From assembly GCA_002315825.1 (NCBI GenBank), contig DCIC01000110.1:1-47366 (forward strand): a stretch of DNA of 47,366 nt, read 5' to 3'. A program made the position numbers and the translations under genes. The notes below the pieces were generated by a model. The model did not search any database and had not been told where the DNA came from. It saw nothing but the letters and a program-made list of their open reading frames with translations. Numbering within the stretch: the stretch's first letter is position 1; every line of letters starts with the position of its first letter. The DNA is from Bacteroidales bacterium UBA1736 (lineage in GTDB: Bacteria > Bacteroidota > Bacteroidia > Bacteroidales > UBA932). Of this stretch, positions 32,292 to 41,300 are shown piece by piece.

Positions 32292-32444
32292 TGTTTGTTT
32301 GCCAGGGAAACAAACACGACCCATACCCAGAGGTATGTGTGAATGGTGTAGTTGTTTGTCTACCCCTTTTAGTGGGGTAAACAAACAAGGAGTGGCAATG
32401 TGGCTCCTTCTAGGACTGCCGGCTGTTTGTTTCCTTGGCAAAAC
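32292..32444. repeat. Triplet of TGTTTGT-armed palindromes
   Basis: tgtttgttt-gccaggg-aaacaaaca (32292-32316); ttgtttgtctacccc-N7-ggggtaaacaaacaa (32352-32388); tgtttgtttccttggcaaaac (32424-32444), an inverted partial copy of the first. Confidence 0.8.
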
Positions 32445-32578
32445 TGTGATAATAATTGCTGGTGGGAACGATTAGGGATGGGGGATGGAGTGTTTATGAC
32501 CCAGTTCTCTTCCAGATGCGGATTAGAATTGGTGACTGCTTGGGCTACATAGCTACTTCTCGTATATCATTATCGATA

Positions 32579-32817
32579 TTTTTTCCATAATTGAGGCGCT
32601 GATATGGAGAAAAGCCAATGAAATCAAGGATTATTCCATAATCAAGAACTTAGGATGGAGAAATGCGATCAAAAGAGGGATTTTTTCCATAATTGAGGTG
32701 CCAAGATGGAGAAAGTCAATGATGTTCAGCTATTTCTCCATAATCCATAGCCCAGGATGGAAAAAAGGTGGGAAATCAAGCTGTTTCTCCATCCTGACTT
32801 CCCGATTATGGAGAAAA
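32579..32817. repeat. Array of five palindromic units TTTYTCCAT-N15-ATGGAGAAA with an exact 51-bp period
   Basis: CCAT begins at 32585, 32636, 32687, 32738 and 32789, each followed 15 nt later by ATGG. Confidence 0.92.
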
Positions 32818-32825
32818 GTGAGGTG

Positions 32826-33764
32826 CTAAAATAGAGTGAACGGAGATTTACCGACAGTCAGAGATGAAAAATTAAACTTATCATCGGCAAGAGCATTCTT
32901 TTGATACTGAAGCGGACTCAGACCCTCGTGAGTTTTAAAAAACTTTCCAAAGAAACCTTGATTCGCAAAATGGAGCATATCAGAGACTTCCTGGACACTA
33001 TAATCCCTGCGCGAAAGAAGCTCGCGAGCCTCGATCATAACGAAATCACTAATCCACTGGTGAGCAGTATATCCGCTCTCATTCTTAACAGCGAGCGACA
33101 AGTGTTTGACTGAAACACATTGAAGATTTGCATAATAATCAAGTTTCCTGTATTCACGAAAATGCTCACTGACGTGGGATAGGAAATTCATAAATATCTG
33201 ATTCTGCCGTGTGGATACGCTTTTACGATCATTGCCTTGAATACGGACGTGCGCAAGAAGGATGAAAAACATTGCAATATCAAATGCCTGACTGATTTCA
33301 TTCCTGAATACGTATTCCCGTCCGGATACCGTCGCCATATTCTTATAAAGGGATATTACGTCCATCCTCTCATATTCAGTCATTTCAAAAGAAGGAACAT
33401 CCCTGAAGTGCCTGTAGAAGACCATAAGATTGGTGATTGAAGAAGACGCAAGGTGAAGTGCGTTGGTTTTTGTCGTATATATAGCAAGACGGCAGTCATC
33501 TGAGGCGGAGAGAAAATTACAGAATGAATCCTTAACAAGCAGACATATAGAGTCTTTGCCACAGAAATGAATGCCGGAACTGTTTTTGAAAGAATATTCG
33601 CCACAGACACAGATTATTACGAGATGTGCCCGAAGAAGAACGATATCAGTTTCATCTGAAATGATTTCGATTTTGGATGAACCATCAAGATTATCCATAA
33701 ATAGCATTTCATCAGAATTATCTGTAATGCTTCTCGCAATTATTGAAAGATTAATGTTGGCCAT
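32826..33764 (-). CDS. AraC-family transcriptional regulator
   Basis: C-terminal HFREYRKLDYYANLQCVSVKHLS...SVQEVSDMLHFANQGFFGKFFKTHEGLSPLQY double HTH; probable start MANINL at 33764. Confidence 0.92.
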   Translation of the reverse strand: MANINLSIIARSITDNSDEMLFMDNLDGSSKIEIISDETDIVLLRAHLVIICVCGEYSFKNSSGIHFCGKDSICLLVKDSFCNFLSASDDCRLAIYTTKTNALHLASSSITNLMVFYRHFRDVPSFEMTEYERMDVISLYKNMATVSGREYVFRNEISQAFDIAMFFILLAHVRIQGNDRKSVSTRQNQIFMNFLSHVSEHFREYRKLDYYANLQCVSVKHLSLAVKNESGYTAHQWISDFVMIEARELLSRRDYSVQEVSDMLHFANQGFFGKFFKTHEGLSPLQYQKNALADDKFNFSSLTVGKSPFTLF

Positions 33765-33767
33765 ACG

Positions 33768-33839
33768 CAAAAATAAGTGTTTTTGACCAATATCAGTGGG
33801 ATAATGACCCATATTTAATAGAATATAGACATAACTTTG
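33768..33839. promoter_or_regulatory. Divergent promoters for araC and the TPR-C-A-T operon
   Basis: TATTTTTG on the minus strand just upstream of the araC ATG; TAACTTTG on the plus strand at about 33832-33839. Confidence 0.55.
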
Positions 33840-33856
33840 CAATCGCATATTTGAAT

Positions 33857-34720
33857 ATGAACAAGATTCGACGCCTCTTTACTATAATTGGACTGTTCCT
33901 GCTTTCATTCCAGATTATGGCCGCTACGGATTTCTCGTATGCGGACAAGATGTTCATTAAACAATGCAACTATCTGGCAGCCAGAAATACGCTTGATTCT
34001 CTCCGGAACATCGTGTCGGGAGCGGAAGACAGGTCAGAACTGCTGTGGCGCCTGTCCAGAGTTTACCTTGTGCTTGGAGAGCAGGAGAAAGACCGGACCA
34101 TTAAACATTCAATGTATTCAAAAGGCGAGAGTTACGCCCAAGAAGCCATTGACCTGAACCCGAAAAACCCTTACGCATATATGTGGCACTGTGCTTCCGT
34201 TGGTCGAAATTGTCAGCTGAAGCCACTGATGGAGCAGGCAAAATCCGTCCCGATAATGATCAATGACCTGACCATTATTTTGAACGATCTTTCCAGAACG
34301 GACATTTCAGAGGCCTGGCAAGCTCTTGCAGAGATATATTTTCATCACCCATTCAAATCAAACGACTGCGCGATAAATTTTATGCGCAAGGCTATATCTG
34401 AAATCCCTGCTGACGAATTACGGCTTTCCAGCTATATTTTTCTGTCTGATATGCTCGTAAAACGGGACTGGAGCGCTGAAAAAAGAAAGAAAGGTGCACA
34501 GATTTCCAAAAAATCTTTTGACGCGGCAAAAGACAATATAGAAAAATATTCTTTTTCGGATTGCAGGCAAACCGGAATTGGGAGCTGTTCTGACAGAGAG
34601 GAGGCAGTCTCTCTACTGTTGTCAGCATCGACGCTCTATAAGTCAGCAAAATTCCATAGCCCAAACGATATTAAAGACTATGAGAAATTGAAAAATAAGT
34701 TAAACGAAATAAAAAGATGA
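33857..34720 (+). CDS. Secreted TPR-like all-helical protein
   Basis: Signal peptide MNKIRRLFTIIGLFLLSFQIMA; ELLWRLSRVYLVLGE, YAQEAIDLNPKNPYAYMW, EAWQALAEIY; ATGA overlap with the next gene. Confidence 0.75.
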   Translation: MNKIRRLFTIIGLFLLSFQIMAATDFSYADKMFIKQCNYLAARNTLDSLRNIVSGAEDRSELLWRLSRVYLVLGEQEKDRTIKHSMYSKGESYAQEAIDLNPKNPYAYMWHCASVGRNCQLKPLMEQAKSVPIMINDLTIILNDLSRTDISEAWQALAEIYFHHPFKSNDCAINFMRKAISEIPADELRLSSYIFLSDMLVKRDWSAEKRKKGAQISKKSFDAAKDNIEKYSFSDCRQTGIGSCSDREEAVSLLLSASTLYKSAKFHSPNDIKDYEKLKNKLNEIKR

Positions 34721-36069
34721 TGGACAAGAGACTATATGAGTTCAATCCTTCTCAGGATGTCGTCAATCTTCAGACAAAATATACCCTTTTCAAAAGGGTG
34801 GAGAATATCCTCTTCAAACTGAGTTTTGAGGAAGGCTTCGACAGGTCAAAAATGACGGAGGCTATTGACAAACTCTACGAGAGGAATGATAGTCTGAGAA
34901 TACGTTTCACCAAAAAGAACGGGAAGACCTTACAGTATTTCGAGGACTCACGCCATATCGAAGATATTCCTGAACGCGTATTTAAGACGTGGAAAGATCA
35001 GGACAAATTCTATAAACGTTTCCGCCGGAAGAAAAACGATTGTTTTAAAGGGGTCGTTCTGAAAGCGGTTTATGCTGTCAATCCATCGGGAACCGAGGAA
35101 ATATATTTTAAAATCAGCCATTTTGTTGCAGACACTTATGGAATAGGCGTTATTGTCAGTGACCTTCTCGCAATTTACAAATCCTTGCTGGAAGGTACAC
35201 CGATGCCACCCGTTCCGGGCAGTTTCGAGAATGTACTGTCGAAGGAAATGGAATACAAGGATAATGCAGAGCTGAAATCCAGAGACGAGGAGTACTTCAA
35301 GAATTATTATGAAGTAAGGCATAATGAAGCGCCTATGTACTGTGGAGTACACGGCAGCAGCAGCGACGAATGGCTGAAAGTCAAGAATAAGGGTCAGTTT
35401 GCTATGCCCTATTATTTCGTGAAATGTGATACCGAAGGTATGCGTTTCGCCATACCGGCAATATTGGGGAAAGAGGCCGCACAATGGTGTGAGAATCACA
35501 ACGTTTCACTATCGGCATTTTTCTTCTACACATTCGCCCTGTCAACATCGCTGATCAACGGGAAGGCGGCTCACTTGAATCCTCTGATGCTTCTGGATTG
35601 CCGCGGAACCCTGGCAGAAAGGAAGGCCGCAGGCACAAAGGTTCAGGCGCTGAGCGTTTATACCACAATAGACTACAATAAATCATTCGTAGAAAACATC
35701 AATTCTGCATACGAAGAACAGCAGGAACTATATAAACACACTAGGCTTACATATCTGGATGTTGAAGCTATACAACACAGGGTCTGGGGGCATTCTATGT
35801 TGAGTTCGACTTACGGTTTCACCTATTCATTCATATCAATGAAAATGCCGGACGGAGTACGAATGCAGGTATTGAGCAATGGCAAATGTTCGCTTACGGC
35901 ATATGTCGCCCTTATGTTCAATCCTGAGACATTCAATATTGATGTTCTCTACGACGTGCAGACTATGCTGACGACCCCGGCTGTTCTTGCAGATTTTCAC
36001 AACACTTATTTACGAGTCATAGAGAAAGTGCTGTCCGATTCAGACAGTGCCTTGAATAATATTTTCTAA
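34717..36069 (+). CDS. Stand-alone NRPS-type condensation domain protein
   Basis: 450 aa; NPSQ (C1-like), AIDKLYERNDSLRIRF (C2, RHESLRTRF-like), ISHFVADTYG (HHxxxDG variant keeping the second His and the Asp). Confidence 0.85.
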   Translation: MMDKRLYEFNPSQDVVNLQTKYTLFKRVENILFKLSFEEGFDRSKMTEAIDKLYERNDSLRIRFTKKNGKTLQYFEDSRHIEDIPERVFKTWKDQDKFYKRFRRKKNDCFKGVVLKAVYAVNPSGTEEIYFKISHFVADTYGIGVIVSDLLAIYKSLLEGTPMPPVPGSFENVLSKEMEYKDNAELKSRDEEYFKNYYEVRHNEAPMYCGVHGSSSDEWLKVKNKGQFAMPYYFVKCDTEGMRFAIPAILGKEAAQWCENHNVSLSAFFFYTFALSTSLINGKAAHLNPLMLLDCRGTLAERKAAGTKVQALSVYTTIDYNKSFVENINSAYEEQQELYKHTRLTYLDVEAIQHRVWGHSMLSSTYGFTYSFISMKMPDGVRMQVLSNGKCSLTAYVALMFNPETFNIDVLYDVQTMLTTPAVLADFHNTYLRVIEKVLSDSDSALNNIF

Positions 36070-36077
36070 AAACAACA

Positions 36078-37802
36078 ATGGAATTTCTTTCAGAAAGACA
36101 GATGCAAGCAAAGTCCTTACTCAAGGACGGAGACTATACGAGCATTAGGGAGATTCTCGAAAGACTGGTGGAATATGTCCCTGACAATAAGATTCTTGCT
36201 GAATTAGATAAAAACAAGCAGATTGTCACATATTCCTCTACGGAGCTATTCGAGGAGGTGATGAATCTGGGGGACGGACTCATTGCATCGGGATTGTCAG
36301 GAAAGCATATCGCGATTGTCGCAGACAATTCCTGCAGATATATTATGGCGGACATTTGTATCTCATCGGGAGTTGGAGTTGTGACGCCCATTGATGTGGA
36401 TGCGCCGCCGGAGCTGTTGGCAACCCTTCTGCAGAAATGCGATGCGGACGCAGTCCTGTGTTCATCACGGTGCCTGAACAAAGTCCGGACAATACAAGAC
36501 AACTGCCCGGGATTGAAAACAGTGATAACAATTGACAACAAAGAAGACGGAGCATTGTTTTATGAAGATATTGTTGCGCTTGGACAATCCAATAAAGAGA
36601 AGAGCATATTCAGAAACCTGAAACTTGACATAGATGCACCTGCAAAGATTCTGTTCACAAGCGGAACCACAGGAGCAAACAAGGGAGTGGTTCTTTCAAA
36701 TTCAAATCTCGCGGCGAACGCGCTGAACTGTATGGACGCCATCAGGGCAGAAGAAGGAAACACTTCAATGAGTATTCTTCCGATGCATCACGCCACTGAA
36801 ATCAACACACACATAATGTGCAGAATAGCTGCCGGAAGACTTACCTATATAAACGACAGTATAAGGAATATGATGACGAATATTAGGATATTCAAACCTG
36901 ATACAATCACCATCGTTCCTATGATAGCCAACTCTTTCTACAAAGGAATCTGGTCAAGCGCAGAGAAACAGGGGAAGGGGAAAAAGTTAAAGAAGGGAAT
37001 AATAATATCAAATCTCCTGAGGAAATTCGGCATAGACAAGACTCACGAAATGTTTTCCGACCTGTATCAGCCTTTCGGCGGAAGATTGAATATGATAGTA
37101 TGTGGCGGAGCGATGCTTAACCCCAACGTTGTCAAGGGAATGAATGACCTCGGAATCAGGATGGAGAACGGTTACGGCATTACAGAATGTGGACCACTCA
37201 TTTCAATAAACGCAGATCCTCTTGATGAGTATAGAAGCGTAGGAAAGCCCTGCCCGGGACTTGAAATCAAAATCAACAGTCCCAATCCTCAAGGGGTCGG
37301 AGAGCTGTGCATCCGTGGCAAAAGCGTTTCCAAAGGGTATTATAAGGATCCCGAAGCGACAGCAAAGGCTTTTGACTCGGATGGATATTTTCATACTGGA
37401 GACATTGCATATTGTGACAAGAAGGGGCGTATTATACTGACCGGCAGGAAGAAAAACACAATAGTATTGGAAAACGGGAAAAACGTATGCCCGGAAGAAA
37501 TTGAAAACATATTGGAGATTAATCTTCCCTATGCAAATGACATTGTGGTCTATCAGGCAGAGACAAAGGCCGGAAGCAACTGTAAAGTGCTATGTGCCGG
37601 CATCTATATTCAAGATGAAGTCAAACGTGCGGCCAAGGATGAAATAGTCAAAGATTTGCAGGCCGTAAACAGGAAGCTTCCGGGCTACAAAGCTGTTGAA
37701 TTCCTTGAACTGCCACAGGCCGAATACCCCAAGACATCATCAAGAAAAATAATCCGCAGCACACTTCCGACAGTATGCTCAGACGCGGGGATAAAACTTT
37801 GA
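36078..37802 (+). CDS. AMP-binding acyl-adenylate-forming enzyme (long-chain fatty acyl-CoA/ACP ligase-like)
   Basis: ILFTSGTTGANKGV, SILPMHH, CGGA, GYGITE, SVGKP, FHTGD, GRKKN, PKTSSRKI. Confidence 0.92.
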   Translation: MEFLSERQMQAKSLLKDGDYTSIREILERLVEYVPDNKILAELDKNKQIVTYSSTELFEEVMNLGDGLIASGLSGKHIAIVADNSCRYIMADICISSGVGVVTPIDVDAPPELLATLLQKCDADAVLCSSRCLNKVRTIQDNCPGLKTVITIDNKEDGALFYEDIVALGQSNKEKSIFRNLKLDIDAPAKILFTSGTTGANKGVVLSNSNLAANALNCMDAIRAEEGNTSMSILPMHHATEINTHIMCRIAAGRLTYINDSIRNMMTNIRIFKPDTITIVPMIANSFYKGIWSSAEKQGKGKKLKKGIIISNLLRKFGIDKTHEMFSDLYQPFGGRLNMIVCGGAMLNPNVVKGMNDLGIRMENGYGITECGPLISINADPLDEYRSVGKPCPGLEIKINSPNPQGVGELCIRGKSVSKGYYKDPEATAKAFDSDGYFHTGDIAYCDKKGRIILTGRKKNTIVLENGKNVCPEEIENILEINLPYANDIVVYQAETKAGSNCKVLCAGIYIQDEVKRAAKDEIVKDLQAVNRKLPGYKAVEFLELPQAEYPKTSSRKIIRSTLPTVCSDAGIKL

Positions 37803-37805
37803 GAA

Positions 37806-38039
37806 ATGGATATCAGAAGTGAAATACTCGACATCTTGTCGGATTATATCGATCTGCCTGCAGAGGAAATCGACTTCAAGCAACCGATGAAAATGGCGGC
37901 AGGAATCAACTCTTTCATATTCTTGAGTATGCTCTCAGCAATGGAAGAAAGATTCAGTATTACAATTCCGAACGAGAAATTGATTGAATTCAAGACCTTG
38001 GAAGACGTCGAAAGATTTATCGCCGAATCCAAAAAATAA
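37806..38039 (+). CDS. Acyl/peptidyl carrier protein
   Basis: 77 aa, acidic; GINSF with the predicted phosphopantetheine site at Ser36; MEERFSITIP, FKTLEDV. Confidence 0.9.
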   Translation: MDIRSEILDILSDYIDLPAEEIDFKQPMKMAAGINSFIFLSMLSAMEERFSITIPNEKLIEFKTLEDVERFIAESKK

Positions 38040-38306
38040 GGCCACCCTCCCTAAAACTGCAAATGTCGTTTTTTTGTAAACGCACATAGCCAATACCGGC
38101 TACCAGATGGCACCTCGTGCCGACCAAGCCCTTCAAAAGTGCTTACTATTTCTATTCTAACACAGAGCCTAGCACCTGGGCCCTCATACACAGGGTTTTG
38201 CACCGGACCCTGTCAATAATAGAAGACGGGGTTCACCGAATGCTTAATTTGGTAGACGTGCTCCTCAAGAAGCTTTTGGATGAGTGCGAAATAATGGTTT
38301 CGGGGT

Positions 38307-38346
38307 ATAAAATTCCCCGATAGCTATTGCTACCGGGGAACTTTAT
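38307..38346 (-). terminator. Intrinsic terminator for the coiled-coil lipoprotein operon
   Basis: On the minus strand: ttccccggtagc-aata-gctatcggggaa followed by tttta. Confidence 0.75.
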
Positions 38347-38376
38347 CTTTAATCTATTTCAGTGGGTAGATGTAAG

Positions 38377-41300
38377 CTACTCTACTATTTCTTGTTTTGA
38401 GATGCTTGTAGCACTAATCCCAAAAGTGATTTTGGTTTTTGAACCATCATTACACTTGAACGTTATTGATCTAGTCCTTGAATTAGAAAATTTAATATAG
38501 ACTGTGGAAAGATTATAGTCTGAATCCTTTCCAATTTCATCGCCATTCTTTGATTTTTTAACTTTTTCAATACCTTCGCTAGCAGTATATTGCCAATTCG
38601 TTGATGGTTCAAATTTAACCGTGTATTTAAAATAATTACCATCCTGACTATTATTGTTAATTAGTACTACCGGGCGGTTCCTGGTGACGGTTATTTCGGT
38701 TTCTGTCTCATCATCGTTTCCGGCTTTGAGGACAATCTTTCCACTTGGAGCCTTGCTTGGCCACCCGTCAGTGAAATCAAACTTATTGGCGACTGCAAGT
38801 TCGAGCTTATTCTCATTCTTTGTTGGATCTGAATCCCAGAATGAGCTTGGAGAGCTCTTCACGCTCCAATCCGCTCCGCCATTAGCTTGTGTTACAGTCA
38901 AATCGAGAAGCTTGGTTGTCGATACTGCTTCTGTCCAAGTATCTCCATTTTTATACTTCTTTCCATTGGCGCTGATTGTGATAGGAGAAGGTGATACATC
39001 CGTAATGGCCATACCATCTGTCTGTGTGACGGTGAAGCTTGTCTCCTCTCCGGTCGCGGATGTGAAGGTAACAGTACCTTCCCTTGTGGCTTTCCCGGTG
39101 TTGGGAGTTACGGAGAGAATAACCTTGTTCTTGTCCGGTTCAGTGTCGCCCTTTCTAGCGGCACTAAGCCAAGAGTCACCTGAGGTTACCTCAAATTTCC
39201 AATCCTTTCCCGTAACTTCCTCATTAACGCTGACGCTCACTTCTTTTTGAGCCTCTTGATAATTTGTGTTCCAGGAAGTTGGGTTAAGAGTCAATGTCTG
39301 AGTCAATGCGCCTTGAGTTACCACAAAGTCTGTTGTCTTGCCGGTTGCAGATTTGAATTGTACTGTTCCGGTCCTTCCTTTTTCAGTATCTGTGTTCTTG
39401 GTGACACTTACAGTGACTTTGTTTTCATTACCTAGGCCTTCCTTCTTTTTTGCACTCAACCAATCTGTATCTTCCCCGACAACTTCAAATGACCAAGTCT
39501 TTCCTTGTATATCGATGTCCTTTGAAACAGTTACATCTTTCGAACCTGCCTGGTAGTCAGGGCTCCAGGAAGTAGGGTTAAGTGTAATGGTCTGGATGAT
39601 AGGATTCTGGGTCACGGTATAATCCTCACTGCTTCCTGACGAAGTGGTGAATGTGATGATAGCGGTCCTTGCCTCGGATCCAGTATTCTGAGATTTTGCC
39701 TTTACCTTAAGTTGCTGGCCACTGCCATTCTTTTCTGCTGAGAGCCAGTCGCTGCCTTCTTTAATTGTCCAACTCCAGGTCTCTCCCTGAGGCTTAGGAT
39801 CTATTGTTGGAGTTATTCTGTTTTTATTATCATAATACTGTGTATCGTTATAAGCCAGAGTCAAGGTCTCCGGACTGAAGGTGATGGTCTGGTTGAGGGC
39901 GGCCTGGGTTACGCTGACCTGATAGTCGTTGCAGGTGTATCCTGTATTGGAGGTCAGAACAAGGGTGCCATTTTTCTCCTTTGCTTCCTTTCCGACGTTC
40001 TTGTCTGCTGAGATCTCAAGGTAAACGCCATCGGCGGTTGTAACAGGATAGTTGACTTTAATCCACTTGCTATCATCATTTAAATGCGCAACGCTCCAGT
40101 TGTTACCTGAATTCTCGGGGCTTACTGTAACTTTCACTCTTTGGGCTGTGCCCTTTGCATCAAGCTCGACAGATGTAGGCGTGATAGTCAATGTCTGGTC
40201 CTCATCGAGCTGAGAAGCGACGATGGTAGCTTCTACTCCTGTTTTGGAAACAAGCTTGAATGAAGTGCTGCGGCTATCGCCCTTGGTCATAGCCTGGGCG
40301 GTGACAGTGAGCTTGCCTGACGAGCTTCTTTCGCTCTCGTCGATGCTGAGCCAGTCTGACATACCGGTAGTGCTGACAGACCAGGTATTGCCTCCAAGGC
40401 TTGTCTCTACCTCGATGGAGTGAGAAAGGCTGCTTCCTGACTTGAGGAAGTTCATATACCTCTTGCCCTGAGTATCGGGAGTAAGCTCTACACCGTCACA
40501 ATAAATCTTATCGAATTTCTGTTCGCCCGGCTTCTGGGTAGCAGTCATAACGACTTTCTCCTCGCGTTTCCCACTCGTAAACGTGAATATAATGTTGCCG
40601 GTCTTCTTTTCGTATGTTTCGTTTGCAGATTTTGTTTTAAATGTAACTTTTGTATAATCCTTAGATATTTCTTCCTTTACAGGAGTTTCGAGCCAGTCAG
40701 GTGCTGTGATAGCAATATCTTTTGGCTTTGCACCTGTCACATATACATACTTTGTATCACCCTTGGTGTTTTCGAACTCAAGTTCTGAAGTCGGATCGAC
40801 AATAATGCTTGATATTGAAAGAGGAATAAACTTGCTTGTAAACTCAAGAGCGGCAGTCGAAGCTGTCTTGGCAATGTTTACAAACAGAGCTGCACTTGCT
40901 CCATTTTTCAAGGTAGTGAGCAGGTTGTCTGAAGGATTATTGATGGTAGCAGTAACATTAAGCTGTCCAGAGGCACTTCCTTCCATATTAATAGAATCGA
41001 AGGCTGTGCCGATATCTGCCTTGCTGGGGGTGGATAACCACCTCATACTACAGTTGGTCGTGTTGTTTGCGAGCACTGTGGCAAGCGCTGCAGGTCTGAC
41101 AACAAAGGTGAAATATCCGGAATAATTACCGCTGCTGTTTTTGCTCAGCAATACAGAACCGTCGCTGAATGTCGGAACATAAGCGATGCTCTGGAAATTC
41201 TTGACAAGCAACTGGGCCTCGAGGGCATTGATCCTGTAAAGGATACTGCCTTCCTTAGGCGAACTTTCAGAGCCACCCTCACCGAAGAGCAGTTCGTTGA

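Larger units (their letters stand above)
31691..32612 (+). repeat. Perfect 27-bp direct repeat bracketing an 868-bp segment
   Basis: cataattgaggcgctgatatggagaaa at 31691-31717 and at 32586-32612. Confidence 0.9.

Noticed and set aside
31719-32441. Overlapping ORFs of 240, 159, 155 and 126 aa
   Set aside because: They are open because the 9-bp repeat lacks stops. The flanking translations cross DNA palindromes and resemble no protein family I recognise.
32579-32817. CRISPR array interpretation of the 51-bp repeats
   Set aside because: The repeat interiors vary, the linkers are only ~18 bp and resemble each other, one unit is inverted, and no cas genes are in the window.
34717-38039. Fragmented (pseudogenised) multimodular NRPS
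   Set aside because: Each gene is a complete domain-sized ORF with its own start, and the A protein is fatty-acyl-ligase-like rather than amino-acid-activating.
38117-38323. 68-aa ORF after the carrier protein
   Set aside because: GTG start, no motif and no coupling to the operon; cannot be supported as a gene.
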